DNA of 62,426 bases, the filler included, from Hausera hauseri (lineage: Eukaryota): NCBI GenBank assembly GCA_046269625.1. It is 12 parts of 12 records of this genome, joined end to end, with 100 filler letters (N's around TTAATTAATTAA, not from the genome) between each part and the next. Parts side by side here need not be neighbours in the genome. Positions count along the whole stretch, not along the records: positions 22,348 to 28,505 come from JBJURY010132761.1; positions 28,606 to 34,937 come from JBJURY010112210.1; 10 more parts are not named here. One strand, 5' to 3'. The position numbers and the translations under genes were made by a program. Below the pieces are notes generated by a model. The model was not told the DNA's origin and did not search any database. It was given only the letters and a program-made list of their open reading frames with translations. Each line of letters opens with the position of its first letter. Position 1 is the first letter of the stretch. Of the stretch, positions 23,874-34,820 are shown piece after piece.

Positions 23874-24617
23874 ATGAATTTCTACATTACCTTACCGAGC
23901 GACAGCTCTCTGAATTATTTTCCCGAGAATAAAATTTCGCATTTCATCACACGGTTGCCGACCCCCATTGAACTGATAGGCGAATGGGAAGTCGGTTTGG
24001 TAGAATTTATTTATCCCCATACCTGGTATAATGTGAATAGCAATAATAATTTAATCGGATTTGACTTGAACGATGGAAAAGTGCTGGGACGGCGCATCCC
24101 ACCTGGATTTTACGAAACGGTGCCTGACATATTAAAAGCGATTACACTGGAGAAGCATCGAAATAAAATCTATTTTAAATTTAATCCAGTCACCAAGCGG
24201 GTGACGATTAGTGTGAAGAATGGAGCCAAGGTGGTACTGCGTCCCGGATTGGCCGAAATGTTGGGTTTTGATCCCTGCGAAATTGAGTCCCCCGACGAGA
24301 ATGTAGAAAAGGCGACCGAAAGTCCGTACGTGGCAGATCCGTGCGCTCACTACCGAGTCCTGCTAGTGTATTCGGACATTGTGGAACCTCAAATTATTGG
24401 AAACGTGCACGCACCTTTACTGCGCATCGTGAATGTGACTGGAAAGGATGGAGAAGTGATGAGCGCCCAATACGATCGACCCCATTACTTGCCGGTGAAC
24501 CGGAAAATTATTGATACTTTGGAAATAGTTATAAGGACTCACACAGGCGAGCTCACGCCATTTGAACGCGGACGCTCGTACGTGAAGCTTCATTTTCGAC
24601 AAAAGTACCTCTCATAA
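23874..24617 (+). CDS. Minor capsid protein (penton-like, PX)
   Basis: FYITLPSDSS...FP.N...F...LP.PI.L.GEWEVGL N-terminus and VYSDIVEPQIIG...PLLRIV...Y.PV...LHFR C-terminus typical of Polinton pentons. Confidence 0.88.
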   Translation: MNFYITLPSDSSLNYFPENKISHFITRLPTPIELIGEWEVGLVEFIYPHTWYNVNSNNNLIGFDLNDGKVLGRRIPPGFYETVPDILKAITLEKHRNKIYFKFNPVTKRVTISVKNGAKVVLRPGLAEMLGFDPCEIESPDENVEKATESPYVADPCAHYRVLLVYSDIVEPQIIGNVHAPLLRIVNVTGKDGEVMSAQYDRPHYLPVNRKIIDTLEIVIRTHTGELTPFERGRSYVKLHFRQKYLS

Positions 24618-25033
24618 TGTATGTGCCTTATCAGTGCTGTCAAAAATCCTTTGAGGATTATTATCTGCATCAAACCGGAAGCGGACTGAATTATTACCAA
24701 GGTGCGCCTTATCAGAAAGGTTATGGCTTTGGCGGACTCTTTCGTTCGTTTTTTCGTGCGGCGGTGCCCCTTTTTAAATCGGGGGCGAAAGCCCTCGGAA
24801 AACAACTGTTTCACAGTGGTGTGAATCTCCTGAATGACGTGTCTCGCGGGGAGGATCCCAAAATAGCGGCCAAGCGACACTTGAAAGAAGCCGGTCGACA
24901 GTTAACCGACAAGGCGGCTACTAAAATGAAGACCATGATTGGTTCCGGCCGCAATAAAAAGAGGAAGCGACTTCAAAAAACCATCAGTTCCCGTTCTGGC
25001 AAGAAAGTGAAAGCACGTGATATTTTTGATTAA
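24617..25033 (+). CDS. PZ-type core/membrane-active virion protein
   Basis: YY..QTGSG, QKGYG, amphipathic FGGLFRSFFRAAVPLFKSGAKALGK, MIGSG followed by a basic tail, terminal DIF. Confidence 0.72.
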   Translation: MYVPYQCCQKSFEDYYLHQTGSGLNYYQGAPYQKGYGFGGLFRSFFRAAVPLFKSGAKALGKQLFHSGVNLLNDVSRGEDPKIAAKRHLKEAGRQLTDKAATKMKTMIGSGRNKKRKRLQKTISSRSGKKVKARDIFD

Positions 25034-25035
25034 AG

Positions 25036-26340
25036 ATGTCGATCTACAAAGACTCCCACGCTTGTTCGAAATCCGAACTTGATTTGTTTGCCGTCCCACC
25101 CACACAGACTGCGATTGAAAAAGGACATTTTATCGAATTCTTTCCCTTGGCGAATATACGCGATGGAGGACCCGTGGAATTTAACATATCGGGGAGCGGA
25201 GAGGATTATATGGACTTATCCTCTTCCTACCTGCACGTGAAAGCCAAAATTGTGAAATCGGATGGAGTCCCTTTACCTGAAAACGAACCGGTAGCCCCCG
25301 TGAATTTATTTTTACAAGCCCTTTTTTCGCAAGTGGATGTCAGCTTGAATGAACGCGTGATTTCTTCAGCCAGCAGCACCTACCCCTACCGAGCCTACAT
25401 CGAAACTTTGATGAACTATGGAGAAGATGCCAAGAAAAGCTTACTCACCTGTGAATGTTTTTACAAGGACACTCACTTAAACGTGGCCGACCCCCTTCTG
25501 GCAGCAAAAGGAAACGAGGGACTCAAGAAACGCTACGAGATGACCGCCAAAAGTCAAATCGTAGACATGATTGGACAATTACACTGTGACATTTTTCAAC
25601 AAAATCGACTGTTACTGAATATGGTGGATCTGAAAATAAAAATGACCCGCAGCGAACCCAATTTTTGTTTGATGACAGCCAAAGCCGATACCAAGTATAA
25701 AGTGATTCTCATGCATGCTTCGCTGTTTATTCGCAAGGTGAAAGTGAGCCCCGGCGTATCTCTGGGGCATGCCAAGGCTTTAGAAAAAGGCAATGCCAAA
25801 TATCCCATTGACCGTGTGCTCTGCAAAACCTTTTCTGTCTCGCAAGGAAGCTGGTCGTTTATGCAAGACAATGTGTTTTTAGGGGCCATGCCCAAGCGGG
25901 TGATTATTACTTGTTTGGAAAATGCCGCCATTAATGGGCAGTACAATTTAAATCCGTTCCTGTTTGATCATTATCACGTCAACTTTCTCAGTATTTACGT
26001 GGACGGACAACCTGTACCCAGCAAGCCTTTGGAACTGAATTTTGAAAACAACAACTACATACGGGCTTATCACCGATTGTTTGCTGGATTTAATCAAGAT
26101 AAGGGACTTTATGTGACACGAGACGAATTCGCCCAGGGGCATACTGTGTATGCCTTTGACTTATCGCCCGATCTCTGTGACGGACCCCATATGAACTTAC
26201 AACAGCAAGGCAATTTGCGAGTCGAAATTAAATTTTCAAAGGCCTTGGAAAAGACTCTGACCGTATTTATTTACGCTGAATTTGAAAACGTCATCGAAAT
26301 TACAAAATCACGACAGGTGTTGTGCGATTTCGCCAATTAA
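25036..26340 (+). CDS. Major capsid protein (double jelly-roll, hexon-like, PY)
   Basis: CSKSELDLFAVPPTQTAIEKG, LFSQVDVSLN, YPYRAYIETL, AFDLSPD, GNLRVEIKF; 434 aa uninterrupted. Confidence 0.93.
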   Translation: MSIYKDSHACSKSELDLFAVPPTQTAIEKGHFIEFFPLANIRDGGPVEFNISGSGEDYMDLSSSYLHVKAKIVKSDGVPLPENEPVAPVNLFLQALFSQVDVSLNERVISSASSTYPYRAYIETLMNYGEDAKKSLLTCECFYKDTHLNVADPLLAAKGNEGLKKRYEMTAKSQIVDMIGQLHCDIFQQNRLLLNMVDLKIKMTRSEPNFCLMTAKADTKYKVILMHASLFIRKVKVSPGVSLGHAKALEKGNAKYPIDRVLCKTFSVSQGSWSFMQDNVFLGAMPKRVIITCLENAAINGQYNLNPFLFDHYHVNFLSIYVDGQPVPSKPLELNFENNNYIRAYHRLFAGFNQDKGLYVTRDEFAQGHTVYAFDLSPDLCDGPHMNLQQQGNLRVEIKFSKALEKTLTVFIYAEFENVIEITKSRQVLCDFAN

Positions 26341-26342
26341 GC

Positions 26343-26819
26343 ATGAATACCACGCAACTCAGTCGCGTGTTGAAGCAAGACCGCTCTACCCGAAAATACT
26401 TTTTGGGTGTGTTTCCAAGTGATCACGTGCCGGTCCGGTTCTCTCGTTTTCCCGTGTGTTTCGTTGTGAATGTGGACCCATCGACGGAAGCGGGCTCGCA
26501 TTGGGTGTGTTTTTACGTGACCGATGCTGCTCACCTTGAATTTTGGGACAGTTTTGCCAAGAAGCCTAGTTTTTATCCAGGACCGATTGCTGATTTTGCC
26601 TCAAGATATCGACATGTGGAGCATAACCCCCTGATGCTGCAAAGTTCTGTCACGGCTGTGTGTGGCCAGTATTGTATTTATTATTTGTATGCGAGATGTA
26701 GGGGACACCCCCTGAAAAACATTGTGTCTTCTTTTGTGACTCGGCATGTGTGTAATGACATGCGTGTATATAATTTTGTTATCAAGCGTTTTCATGTACG
26801 TGCTCCTTTTTATCAATAA
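26343..26819 (+). CDS. Adenain-like maturation cysteine protease
   Basis: FLGVFPSD; catalytic H (GSHW), D (FWDSF), Q and C (LQ...VCGQYC). ATG at 26343. Confidence 0.93.
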   Translation: MNTTQLSRVLKQDRSTRKYFLGVFPSDHVPVRFSRFPVCFVVNVDPSTEAGSHWVCFYVTDAAHLEFWDSFAKKPSFYPGPIADFASRYRHVEHNPLMLQSSVTAVCGQYCIYYLYARCRGHPLKNIVSSFVTRHVCNDMRVYNFVIKRFHVRAPFYQ

Positions 26820-26822
26820 ATG

Positions 26823-26857
26823 TATTTAAATGTTAACCCTGTGTCCTGGTCTTTAGT
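26823..26857 (+). promoter_or_regulatory. TATA-like + initiator core promoter for the ATPase
   Basis: TATTTAAA at 26823, TTAGT at 26853, ATG at 26862. Confidence 0.55.
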
Positions 26858-26861
26858 CACG

Positions 26862-27491
26862 ATGGAATTTCCAAAGCTGCAACACCCCCATACCATGGTG
26901 GTCGCGGGGCCTACAGGGTGTGGGAAAAGTTATTTTGTACGCGATTTGCTAAAGTATAAGCGGGAGATGATCGATCCCGTACCCGATAAAGTGGTGTGGT
27001 TTTACGGCATATGGCAACCGCTCTACGAAGAAATCCCCGACGTCACGTTTGTGGAAGGCCTCCCTTCGAATTATCGAGAGTACTTGGGGACGCACACCTT
27101 GTTTATTATCGACGATTTAATGAGCGAATGTGGAGGAGATAAGCGGCTGACGCACCTGTTTACGCGGGGAAGTCATCATTTGAATTTAAGTATTATTTTT
27201 ATCACCCAGAATTTTTTTCACAAAGGTAAAGAAATGCGGGAAATTACGCTGAACGCACATTATATACTGCTCTGTAAAAATCGCCGAGACCTCGGTCAAA
27301 TCACCCATTTGGGGCTGCAGTTGTTTCCCAGACACTTAAAATTTTTTCAAGAAGTGTACGAAGATGCCACGAAAAAGCCCTATTCCTACTTATTTATAGA
27401 CTTGCGGAGCGAAACTCCCGAGAACCTGCGATTGCGCACGCAAATATTACCCAATCAAATTCAATATATTTATGAAAGAAAACATATTTAA
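26862..27491 (+). CDS. A32/FtsK-like genome-packaging ATPase
   Basis: Walker A GPTGCGKS, Walker B LFIIDD, FTRGSHH...ITQN, PYSYLFIDL. Confidence 0.93.
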   Translation: MEFPKLQHPHTMVVAGPTGCGKSYFVRDLLKYKREMIDPVPDKVVWFYGIWQPLYEEIPDVTFVEGLPSNYREYLGTHTLFIIDDLMSECGGDKRLTHLFTRGSHHLNLSIIFITQNFFHKGKEMREITLNAHYILLCKNRRDLGQITHLGLQLFPRHLKFFQEVYEDATKKPYSYLFIDLRSETPENLRLRTQILPNQIQYIYERKHI

Positions 27492-27519
27492 TCCCTTCGC
27501 ACTCTGTGAAGAGTTTAGT
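27485..27519 (+). promoter_or_regulatory. TATA-like + initiator core promoter for the last two genes
   Basis: TATTTAAT at 27485, TTAGT at 27515, ATG at 27527. Confidence 0.55.
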
Positions 27520-27526
27520 TGTCACG

Positions 27527-27856
27527 ATGACAGTGAGTCAGCAACAGCTTCATCAATTACAGCTTCTCCAAACGTGTCCGCAAAAATTACGCAAAGATTT
27601 ATTGAAGCGGATACCTGCTACCTGCATTCAAGCGATCTGTGAATGTACTTTGAACTTGCTGAAAGGAAACGTGCCTGTCACTCCCCAGCAAAAGAAGTGT
27701 TTAAAAAAATATAAAACTGTACTGCGACGCGTGGCTGATAAACGAACCTCTCTTTTTACGAAACGGAAATTGATCGTACAGAAGGGCGGGTTTTTAAACG
27801 TACTATTGCCTGCTGCTATTTCGATTTTAAGCACCTTATTCCATGGAACACGCTAA
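27527..27856 (+). CDS. Adenovirus pX/mu-like basic core protein precursor (PW-type)
   Basis: ICEC..NLLKGNVP, basic KRKLI, then QKGG|FLNVLLPAAISIL, which resembles the pX GG cleavage site plus hydrophobic tail. Confidence 0.75.
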   Translation: MTVSQQQLHQLQLLQTCPQKLRKDLLKRIPATCIQAICECTLNLLKGNVPVTPQQKKCLKKYKTVLRRVADKRTSLFTKRKLIVQKGGFLNVLLPAAISILSTLFHGTR

Positions 27857-28466
27857 AAAATATGCTTTGGTCCCAGAGGAGAGCTTATCCAGGCATACCC
27901 CTAGCAAAAAGCACATGACGGATTTTGATCGAGAAATGTCTCACATTTTAAACAGTACCTTAGAAGATTATGAAAAAGTGCAACGCTATTACGAACTCTT
28001 GCAAAAGAAAATGAATCTACAGCAGCATAATCTACCCTGGATCCCACCTCCCGAGACGGAAAAAGCGCCTCCAGAAAAAATGAAACCCGAGCCCGACGAC
28101 GACGACTACAGTGCCACGATTTTAAATGCCGTGCCCAAACCTTTGAAAAACCAAGCCCGGGGACTGATGGAATTATTAAGAAAACATCCCGCTTCTTTCA
28201 CCTGGAATAATCAAGGCCAGATGATGTATAAAGGACAGAGTTACTCCAATTCCAATATGGCGGATTTGTTCAACTTGCTGTTTACACATCGAAAAAATAC
28301 ACACGTGACCGACAAGAATGCCTTTCTGAATGCACTCTACGATATGAACATTCCTAAACTGTATGTCAAAAACAAGTATTTATCCTATCCTCTGAAATCA
28401 CAGGATGTATCACCGACTGCAAAACCTGTCTCTGATGTAAAACCCAGTTGGATCCATTATGAATAA
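27843..28466 (+). CDS. Conserved Polinton protein of unknown function (PM-type)
   Basis: MEHAKKYALVP, D.EM..IL, K...Y...LQ, WNNQGQMMYKG...SNMADL. AATAAA overlaps the stop codon. Confidence 0.72.
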   Translation: MEHAKKYALVPEESLSRHTPSKKHMTDFDREMSHILNSTLEDYEKVQRYYELLQKKMNLQQHNLPWIPPPETEKAPPEKMKPEPDDDDYSATILNAVPKPLKNQARGLMELLRKHPASFTWNNQGQMMYKGQSYSNSNMADLFNLLFTHRKNTHVTDKNAFLNALYDMNIPKLYVKNKYLSYPLKSQDVSPTAKPVSDVKPSWIHYE

Positions 28467-28724
28467 AAGAATGGTTTTTATAACATAACTGTGTTGATTA
28501 TTTCANNNNNNNNNNNNNNNNNNNNNNNNNNNNNNNNNNNNNNNNNNNNTTAATTAATTAANNNNNNNNNNNNNNNNNNNNNNNNNNNNNNNNNNNNNNN
28601 NNNNNTTGATGAGAAATGATACGATGAATGATGATACGAAAAATGGCGATCCGATAAATGCCGATACAAAAAAAGCAAATATCTATACCAAAAATACGAT
28701 ACACCGGACTGGCCCAGAATATAC

Positions 28725-29460
28725 ATAGAGTTTTCTCGGCCCGTTATTTACATTAACAACCAATGTTATACGTTATTAGAACCGCACTGTCAAACTGAGC
28801 TTGATTCCGTTGAAAAAACGCTAAAATATTTTTTGGTTATTGCATAATTCCCAAAAAACAAAATTTTTATTTTTGAGTCTAATGCGCAAAATCACTCATG
28901 TCATATGTCATTCGATGCGTCTGCACTAAACCTTTCCATTGTTGTATGGAGAATTTTTTATCACTTATAGCTAATGAGTTATTGCGTAAGTAAACCTTTA
29001 AATTGCTCTAGAGCAAAATTAAATTGTGCTCAAACTACTCACCAAACCAACTCTGTTCAGATACCAGTTGATGGAGTTTACCAAATAATACCCAGCAAAA
29101 TGTATAAAAGTTTCAAACGTTATTTAAATTGTGAGCAGTGCTCAACTAAAAATGACTTTTTTGCTCAGTTTTCTACTCATACCGTCGGTCCCGGCGGTAC
29201 AGTGCTGTCAATAATAGATTCATTCGATTCGCGTCATGGAGATGCATCGAACGACGCCTTAACCAACTCCATAGGTTTTATGCGTGCTAAGATATTTAAT
29301 TTCCGTCGATTTTCATTGAAAAACCCGAAGTGTGCCAGAACGAACATAGTGTTTTCACGGCCCACTGTTCAATTTTCCACATCGTGTTATATACCGTTTG
29401 AACCGCGCTGCTAATCTGAGTTGGAATCCGTTGAAAAAATGGTAAAACCACTTTTTTAAA
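28725..29460. repeat. Diverged direct repeat, ~620 nt apart
   Basis: CATAG.GTTTTC.CGGCCC...GAACCGC.CTG...CTGAG...TCCGTTGAAAAAA at ~28725-28835 and ~29345-29460. Confidence 0.6.
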
Positions 29461-32400
29461 ACATTGATTACACAATCACGGTACAATATTTTGCAAATAA
29501 CGCGCTGCGCAATTTTCTGGGCACATTGCGTCTAAATCACGTAATTTATGCCCAAAATTGCACAAAATTTACCCGAAATTACGCAAAAATTCACCGGAAG
29601 TCACGCAAAGCGCACCGGAAGTTGCGCAATTGTGAAATTCCGCAAGGAACCCCCACACACATGGCACAGAACATATATTTTACCCTACTTACAGAGCCTT
29701 ATATAAGAAAGTAAATAAATTATATGACAAATAAAACATTTGTTTCCAATTATACATATTTAAATTTATTATTTATAATTCTAGCAAATTTCCGAGAGTT
29801 TCCATATTGGATCAATGATTCCATCTTTTTCCTTGCTTCCTTGATTTTTTTACTTTCGCATTTCTGTAGCCAATTGATTCAGATGTTAAATCTCTGCCGA
29901 TAACATCATATAGTTTTACTCCTTGAGAACGGAAATAGCTTTCTCCTTTTGTTTTCAGTTTCATATCCATTGTTCTTTGTTAGTGTTCAATTCATTTTCT
30001 ATTACAGATATATTGTTATTGCTTATTTAATGACATTGTGTCCGTATTTTCACCTTTTAACTAACACAGTATCTGCAACTCGATAATTTGACGAACCGGT
30101 AATAGACTCATTGTAAATCCATGGAATTTTCTAGGTTGATGTTTTTCTACCATAATTGTAAATATTAAAATAACTTCACATTAATATACCTGTTTGTGAT
30201 CTTCTATTGTCTATTTTTTCATAGCATTCATCATCTGATGTATTTAGTTCATTTCATTGATCCAATTTCATACGTTTAGGAAAAGAGACGTTTTCTTCTG
30301 CTTCACCTGCTTATACGTTCTGCTTATTTACAATCAACATGTGATTTGTCATAGCATCATAGATCAGAACAGCAAAACCTGAACATTTAAACAATGTTTT
30401 AAGTATCATTATCAGAGCTGGATCATTATTTTTTTCCACTTCTTTTTTCTACAATTTCTTCGACTGACAATGGGGAGAGAACATTCATTGTGTTGAAATT
30501 TTTTGAAAATATTATAAGGAAGACTTTGTCTATGATTCTTCTTCTTTAATTAATATGTTTATGTAGTGTTCATAACACTCCCCTCCCCAAATCCGTCCAT
30601 ATATATAATTTTTATAATACTTTGTGGATCGTAATACTAACAAACATCAATTACAAACGGTTCACAAAAGAGATCTCATGTGACAGGAAATAAATTCCGA
30701 TTCACACAATCGGGAGAAACCAAACAAGTACCAATTCCGAATCACTCAATCGTCAAATAGACTTTGTTTTAACGCATAAATTTATTTAAGGGGTGGGTAG
30801 GCGTTTGTGCCAGAACTCCCATTTTTCCACTAATATTATACATTTCAATGAAAAACTAACTTTAATAAATAATCTAATTATTAATTTGCAAATAATCATT
30901 AATTATTATAAAAATTTATCTTGGAAATTCGGTTAGACTCCTGTCATATTTAAAAATGACAGTTGAACACAATTCTAAAAATAGACCAATAAATTTAGTG
31001 AATCTGTCAACTATAGAAAAGTTGTTTTCAGTTAATTAACCGTCTGACATTACTTGTAAGAATTTGTATGATCAATTTTGGAATTTTTATGCCATTTTCT
31101 ACTTATTAATTCGATAGTCACCATATGTACTTTTGTTTGTAGAGGAATTTGTTTGACATATGTACTAGTTATTTCTTAGAGGTATTTTCAATACAATCGT
31201 TTTTATTTAGTTGAACAAAATTTCATTCGATTTGAACAAAATGATTAAAATATTTCATAAGCTGAACTGTTGAAACCACAATTCTAACTTTAATCAGAAA
31301 TAAGTTTCTACTATTAAAATTATATGTTGATTTACTATGCTTTTATAAATCATGTAATTGATTTTACGTAAAGTTTGTGTTTCTTTTGTCTCTAACATGG
31401 TTTTTATAAAAATTAGTAATAGAAGTACACGATTTTATGCCGATTAATAATATGAAAATTATTTTTCACAAAGCTAAAATGACATAATTCGAGGTTTTAG
31501 CTGTTTCGCCATTTCGTACATCTTTAATTTCCCCCTTACATGCATTAGAATTTTGAAATTACAAAACATTTTTTCTCATAAAAATATTTTATTAAAGTTC
31601 GATTCTAAGTGGGTCGTTAATGTTACAAGAAAGTACAGTGGATTCGTTTAATTATAAGTCTCTTCGTTAATATTTCTTCGGATATGTATAAATGTTTGGT
31701 TCTACGCATGAACAACGATGGATCACGATCCGATTATTAGTTGGATATTTATTAATTCAACTGAGTACCAAGAAAATACTAAAAGTTAAATATCAATGGT
31801 CAGTAGAATTGTAGAAAGTTGTTAAATTTCAAAATGCTTCCACGTTGTGGAAAATCGAACAAGTGTGAAAATATGTAACATTTGAAAGCCCTGTCTACAC
31901 AATACTTTTTTTCATATCATCATATCATATAATCATCAGTAAATGTTGTACTTGTAAAATTAATGTTCATAAAAAATTTTGCCATGTAAATTATTTGAGG
32001 AGACTTAGAAATTCATTAGTTTAATAATTTACTAATTCAAAATCAGGAAATAAATTTCAAACAAAATTACGGTGTTTAAACTTCGCGGTAGCAGAGTAAT
32101 TCAACATATAGAGAGTTGCGTAAACGATGCGAGGTTTTGGTTACTTGAGTCCGCTTAATAAAACGAAGATACTAATTAAATGTTTATTTCGTTTATACAT
32201 CATACGTTATCTAAATAATGTAAATTAAATTAATGTTTACATATGTTTTATCATACATATCACATTCCCCAAATGGAGCATCGAAAATTGTCATGTTAGG
32301 GACGCTAAATATCATTACCTAAAGGATTTGTACCAATACATTCAAAGCCTAAATTTTATGAATTTTATGTAATAAAAATTGCAATAAAAAGCTTATTAAT

Positions 32401-34369
32401 AACGGAGTTCTAAAAAGGTGACAAATGACATTGTTGTGTAAGATAATCTTCCTTCAAGTTCTATTACACAACAAGTAACAAGTGCAATAAACAATTTATT
32501 TAAAAAACAGTAGCGTTTTACTACTTTATGTCAATGCGATAAAACAACATTTTAAATGACACTATCTGTGCAACTAGTTCCTTGATACATACAGCTAAAT
32601 TGTGACCAAACCCATTTCCACGTAGACTTACAATATATGCAACGGTTCCTTCGTCCGAAATCTTGTGAACATAATGTGACTCTGTCTTGGCAGAAAAACT
32701 TCTCTTCAATGTCCACAGATTCGTCTTAATGAAAACGATTACCATACATTTCGGTATTGAATTGACTTACTGTCAGTTTGCGATTTCTCATCATTTTCAA
32801 GCGTTGGTAAAGATAAGCAAACTGTAACGAGCAGAGCAATTGTTAAAAATTGTACTTTAATCATTTGTTTCGACTTAGGCTCGTCTACGTTCTGCTTGCT
32901 TTTATAGTTAATTTATTGTGATGCATTTTCACATCGGACACCGAGTCATTCTTTCGTTTCTGGAGGCGTGATTTGAAGATCTGATGAGTCAGTCCATTTG
33001 TGTTGGATTAGTAATGAAAATTGTACGTAGATTGAAATGTCTAACCGATTAATATATTGTTTTTTTTACTTTAATATACATTTTACTTTAAATTGTTGAT
33101 TGAATTCCAAACTGTTTAACATCATTTACAGTTCCCTTGCTTACATGCCTATGGTACCGTATTACATATTTTAAGTTTATGCGACATGGAGGTTGTGAGG
33201 AGGAATTTAAATGAATATTAATGTTTAAATTTAATTCAAAGTTAATTCAATAAACAGCCAATAGAAAGTCAGGAAATTCAAAAAAGGATGAAAAGAAGAA
33301 TCATTTAATGAGTGAAAGAAATAATTGTTATACAAACTATTATAATAAACTTCTTATGCAGAATTCAATCTTTCAATCATCGAATGACGTTGAGGTCGGA
33401 ATGGTAGAAACGCGATATACTAACAGGTATATAGTTAGGCGGTAAACGGTTGTAGAGTGTATACTTAGGCTAAGATTTCGCAGCATTTTATGCATATCTG
33501 ATTAAACAGACATGCATCGAAGTAATGTACAAAGACTTATCAAAGCAGAAGAAGTGCAATTTTCTGAGAAGAGTATGTACGTTGTTAATTGATTACTTAA
33601 GAATGAAAAGACTGAAGTGGTGTGGGCAACTGTGAATTTATAAATGGGATGAATTTGTAGGTATGGTTAAGAAATAGTCCCTGTTGCATCCATTCATTCA
33701 AGAACGATATTTCAATGGCAATTGAAGGAACCATCCGTCTGGATGAATTATGTATATTTAGACCGGAATCAATTTAAACCTGAAACCTTGAATTAGCCGT
33801 TTGTGAAAGAAATTATCATGTGCTCTTTGTGGAAGAGATTACCAAAGAGAATGAATGTGCAGTAACAGTTCGACACCCTTAAGTATGGACTACATATCAC
33901 TTTTTTCTGTTAATAATAACTGGAGTTACAACTCTTTCACGTTAAAAATATCTTGTTTATTTACTAATTTTCCCTAGTTTTGTACGAAAAAGTTTTAGGG
34001 GTTTAGAAAGATTTGTTTGTCAAAAATTTAAGTTTCCACACGCTCTCATGTATTTTGCGGGTTTTGTTCTTTTGTAGACATCAAAATAATTTATTATAAG
34101 TAAAATTTGACCATAATTTTTATGGTTGAAACAGATTTGTTTTATCCGATTTTTGGAAAGAAACATAGATAAATGTATAGGTTTTAGTTCCTTGGATAAG
34201 TGATAGAATATGCGTTTTTCACGTTCATCCGAAATTCCTGAGCTATTAGAAGATAGTAGATGGATGTGAGCGCATGAGATCAGACCCCCAGGGAAAGAAA
34301 GCATTGAGCGTGGGAAAATTTTTGGACCGTGGGAAAATTTTTTGTTATCGAGAAAATTGTTTTTCCTTG

Positions 34370-34820
34370 GTAGCTAAATTTTTTTGAAAGTTCTGTCTTG
34401 TGCAGAATTTAATTCTGCGTCTAATGGTATATAAAGGAACTTCATGTGACTTTTGCCCCTTGTGCTATTGTACAAAAATGTGTCAATTTTGCACTTTTTC
34501 TACAGTTTCTTTTCGATAAAATTCTTTTTTTAGTAGCAAAATTTTTTTTGAAAGTTCTATCTTGTTCAGAATTTAATTCTGCGTCGAACAGTGTATAAGT
34601 CATCCTCATATGACTTTTCCCTGTTGTGCTATAGCACAAAATGTGCCAATTTTGCACTTTTTCTACAGTTTCTTTTCGACAAATTTTTTCCTTAGTAAAT
34701 AAAATTTTTTAATTGGTCTATCTTGTGCAAAATTTAATTCTGCGTCGAATGGTATATGAGTCAACATCGTATGACGTTTCCCTGTTGTGCTACAGCACAA
34801 AATGTGCCAATTTTTCTACT
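34370..34820. repeat. Tandem repeat, ~163-nt unit, ~3 copies
   Basis: AATTTAATTCTGCGTC near 34406, 34570 and 34731; TTGTGCTA...AAATGTG.CAATTTT recurs in each unit. Confidence 0.85.

Larger units (their letters stand above)
22348..28505 (+). mobile_element. Polinton/Maverick (adintovirus-like) internal segment with intact morphogenesis and integration module
   Basis: Nine co-oriented, intronless, uninterrupted, abutting ORFs fill the contig. No terminal repeat or PolB is captured on this contig. Confidence 0.95.

Noticed and set aside
29760-33900. Decayed coding-like patches in contig 6
   Set aside because: No recognisable motifs; too degraded to call.
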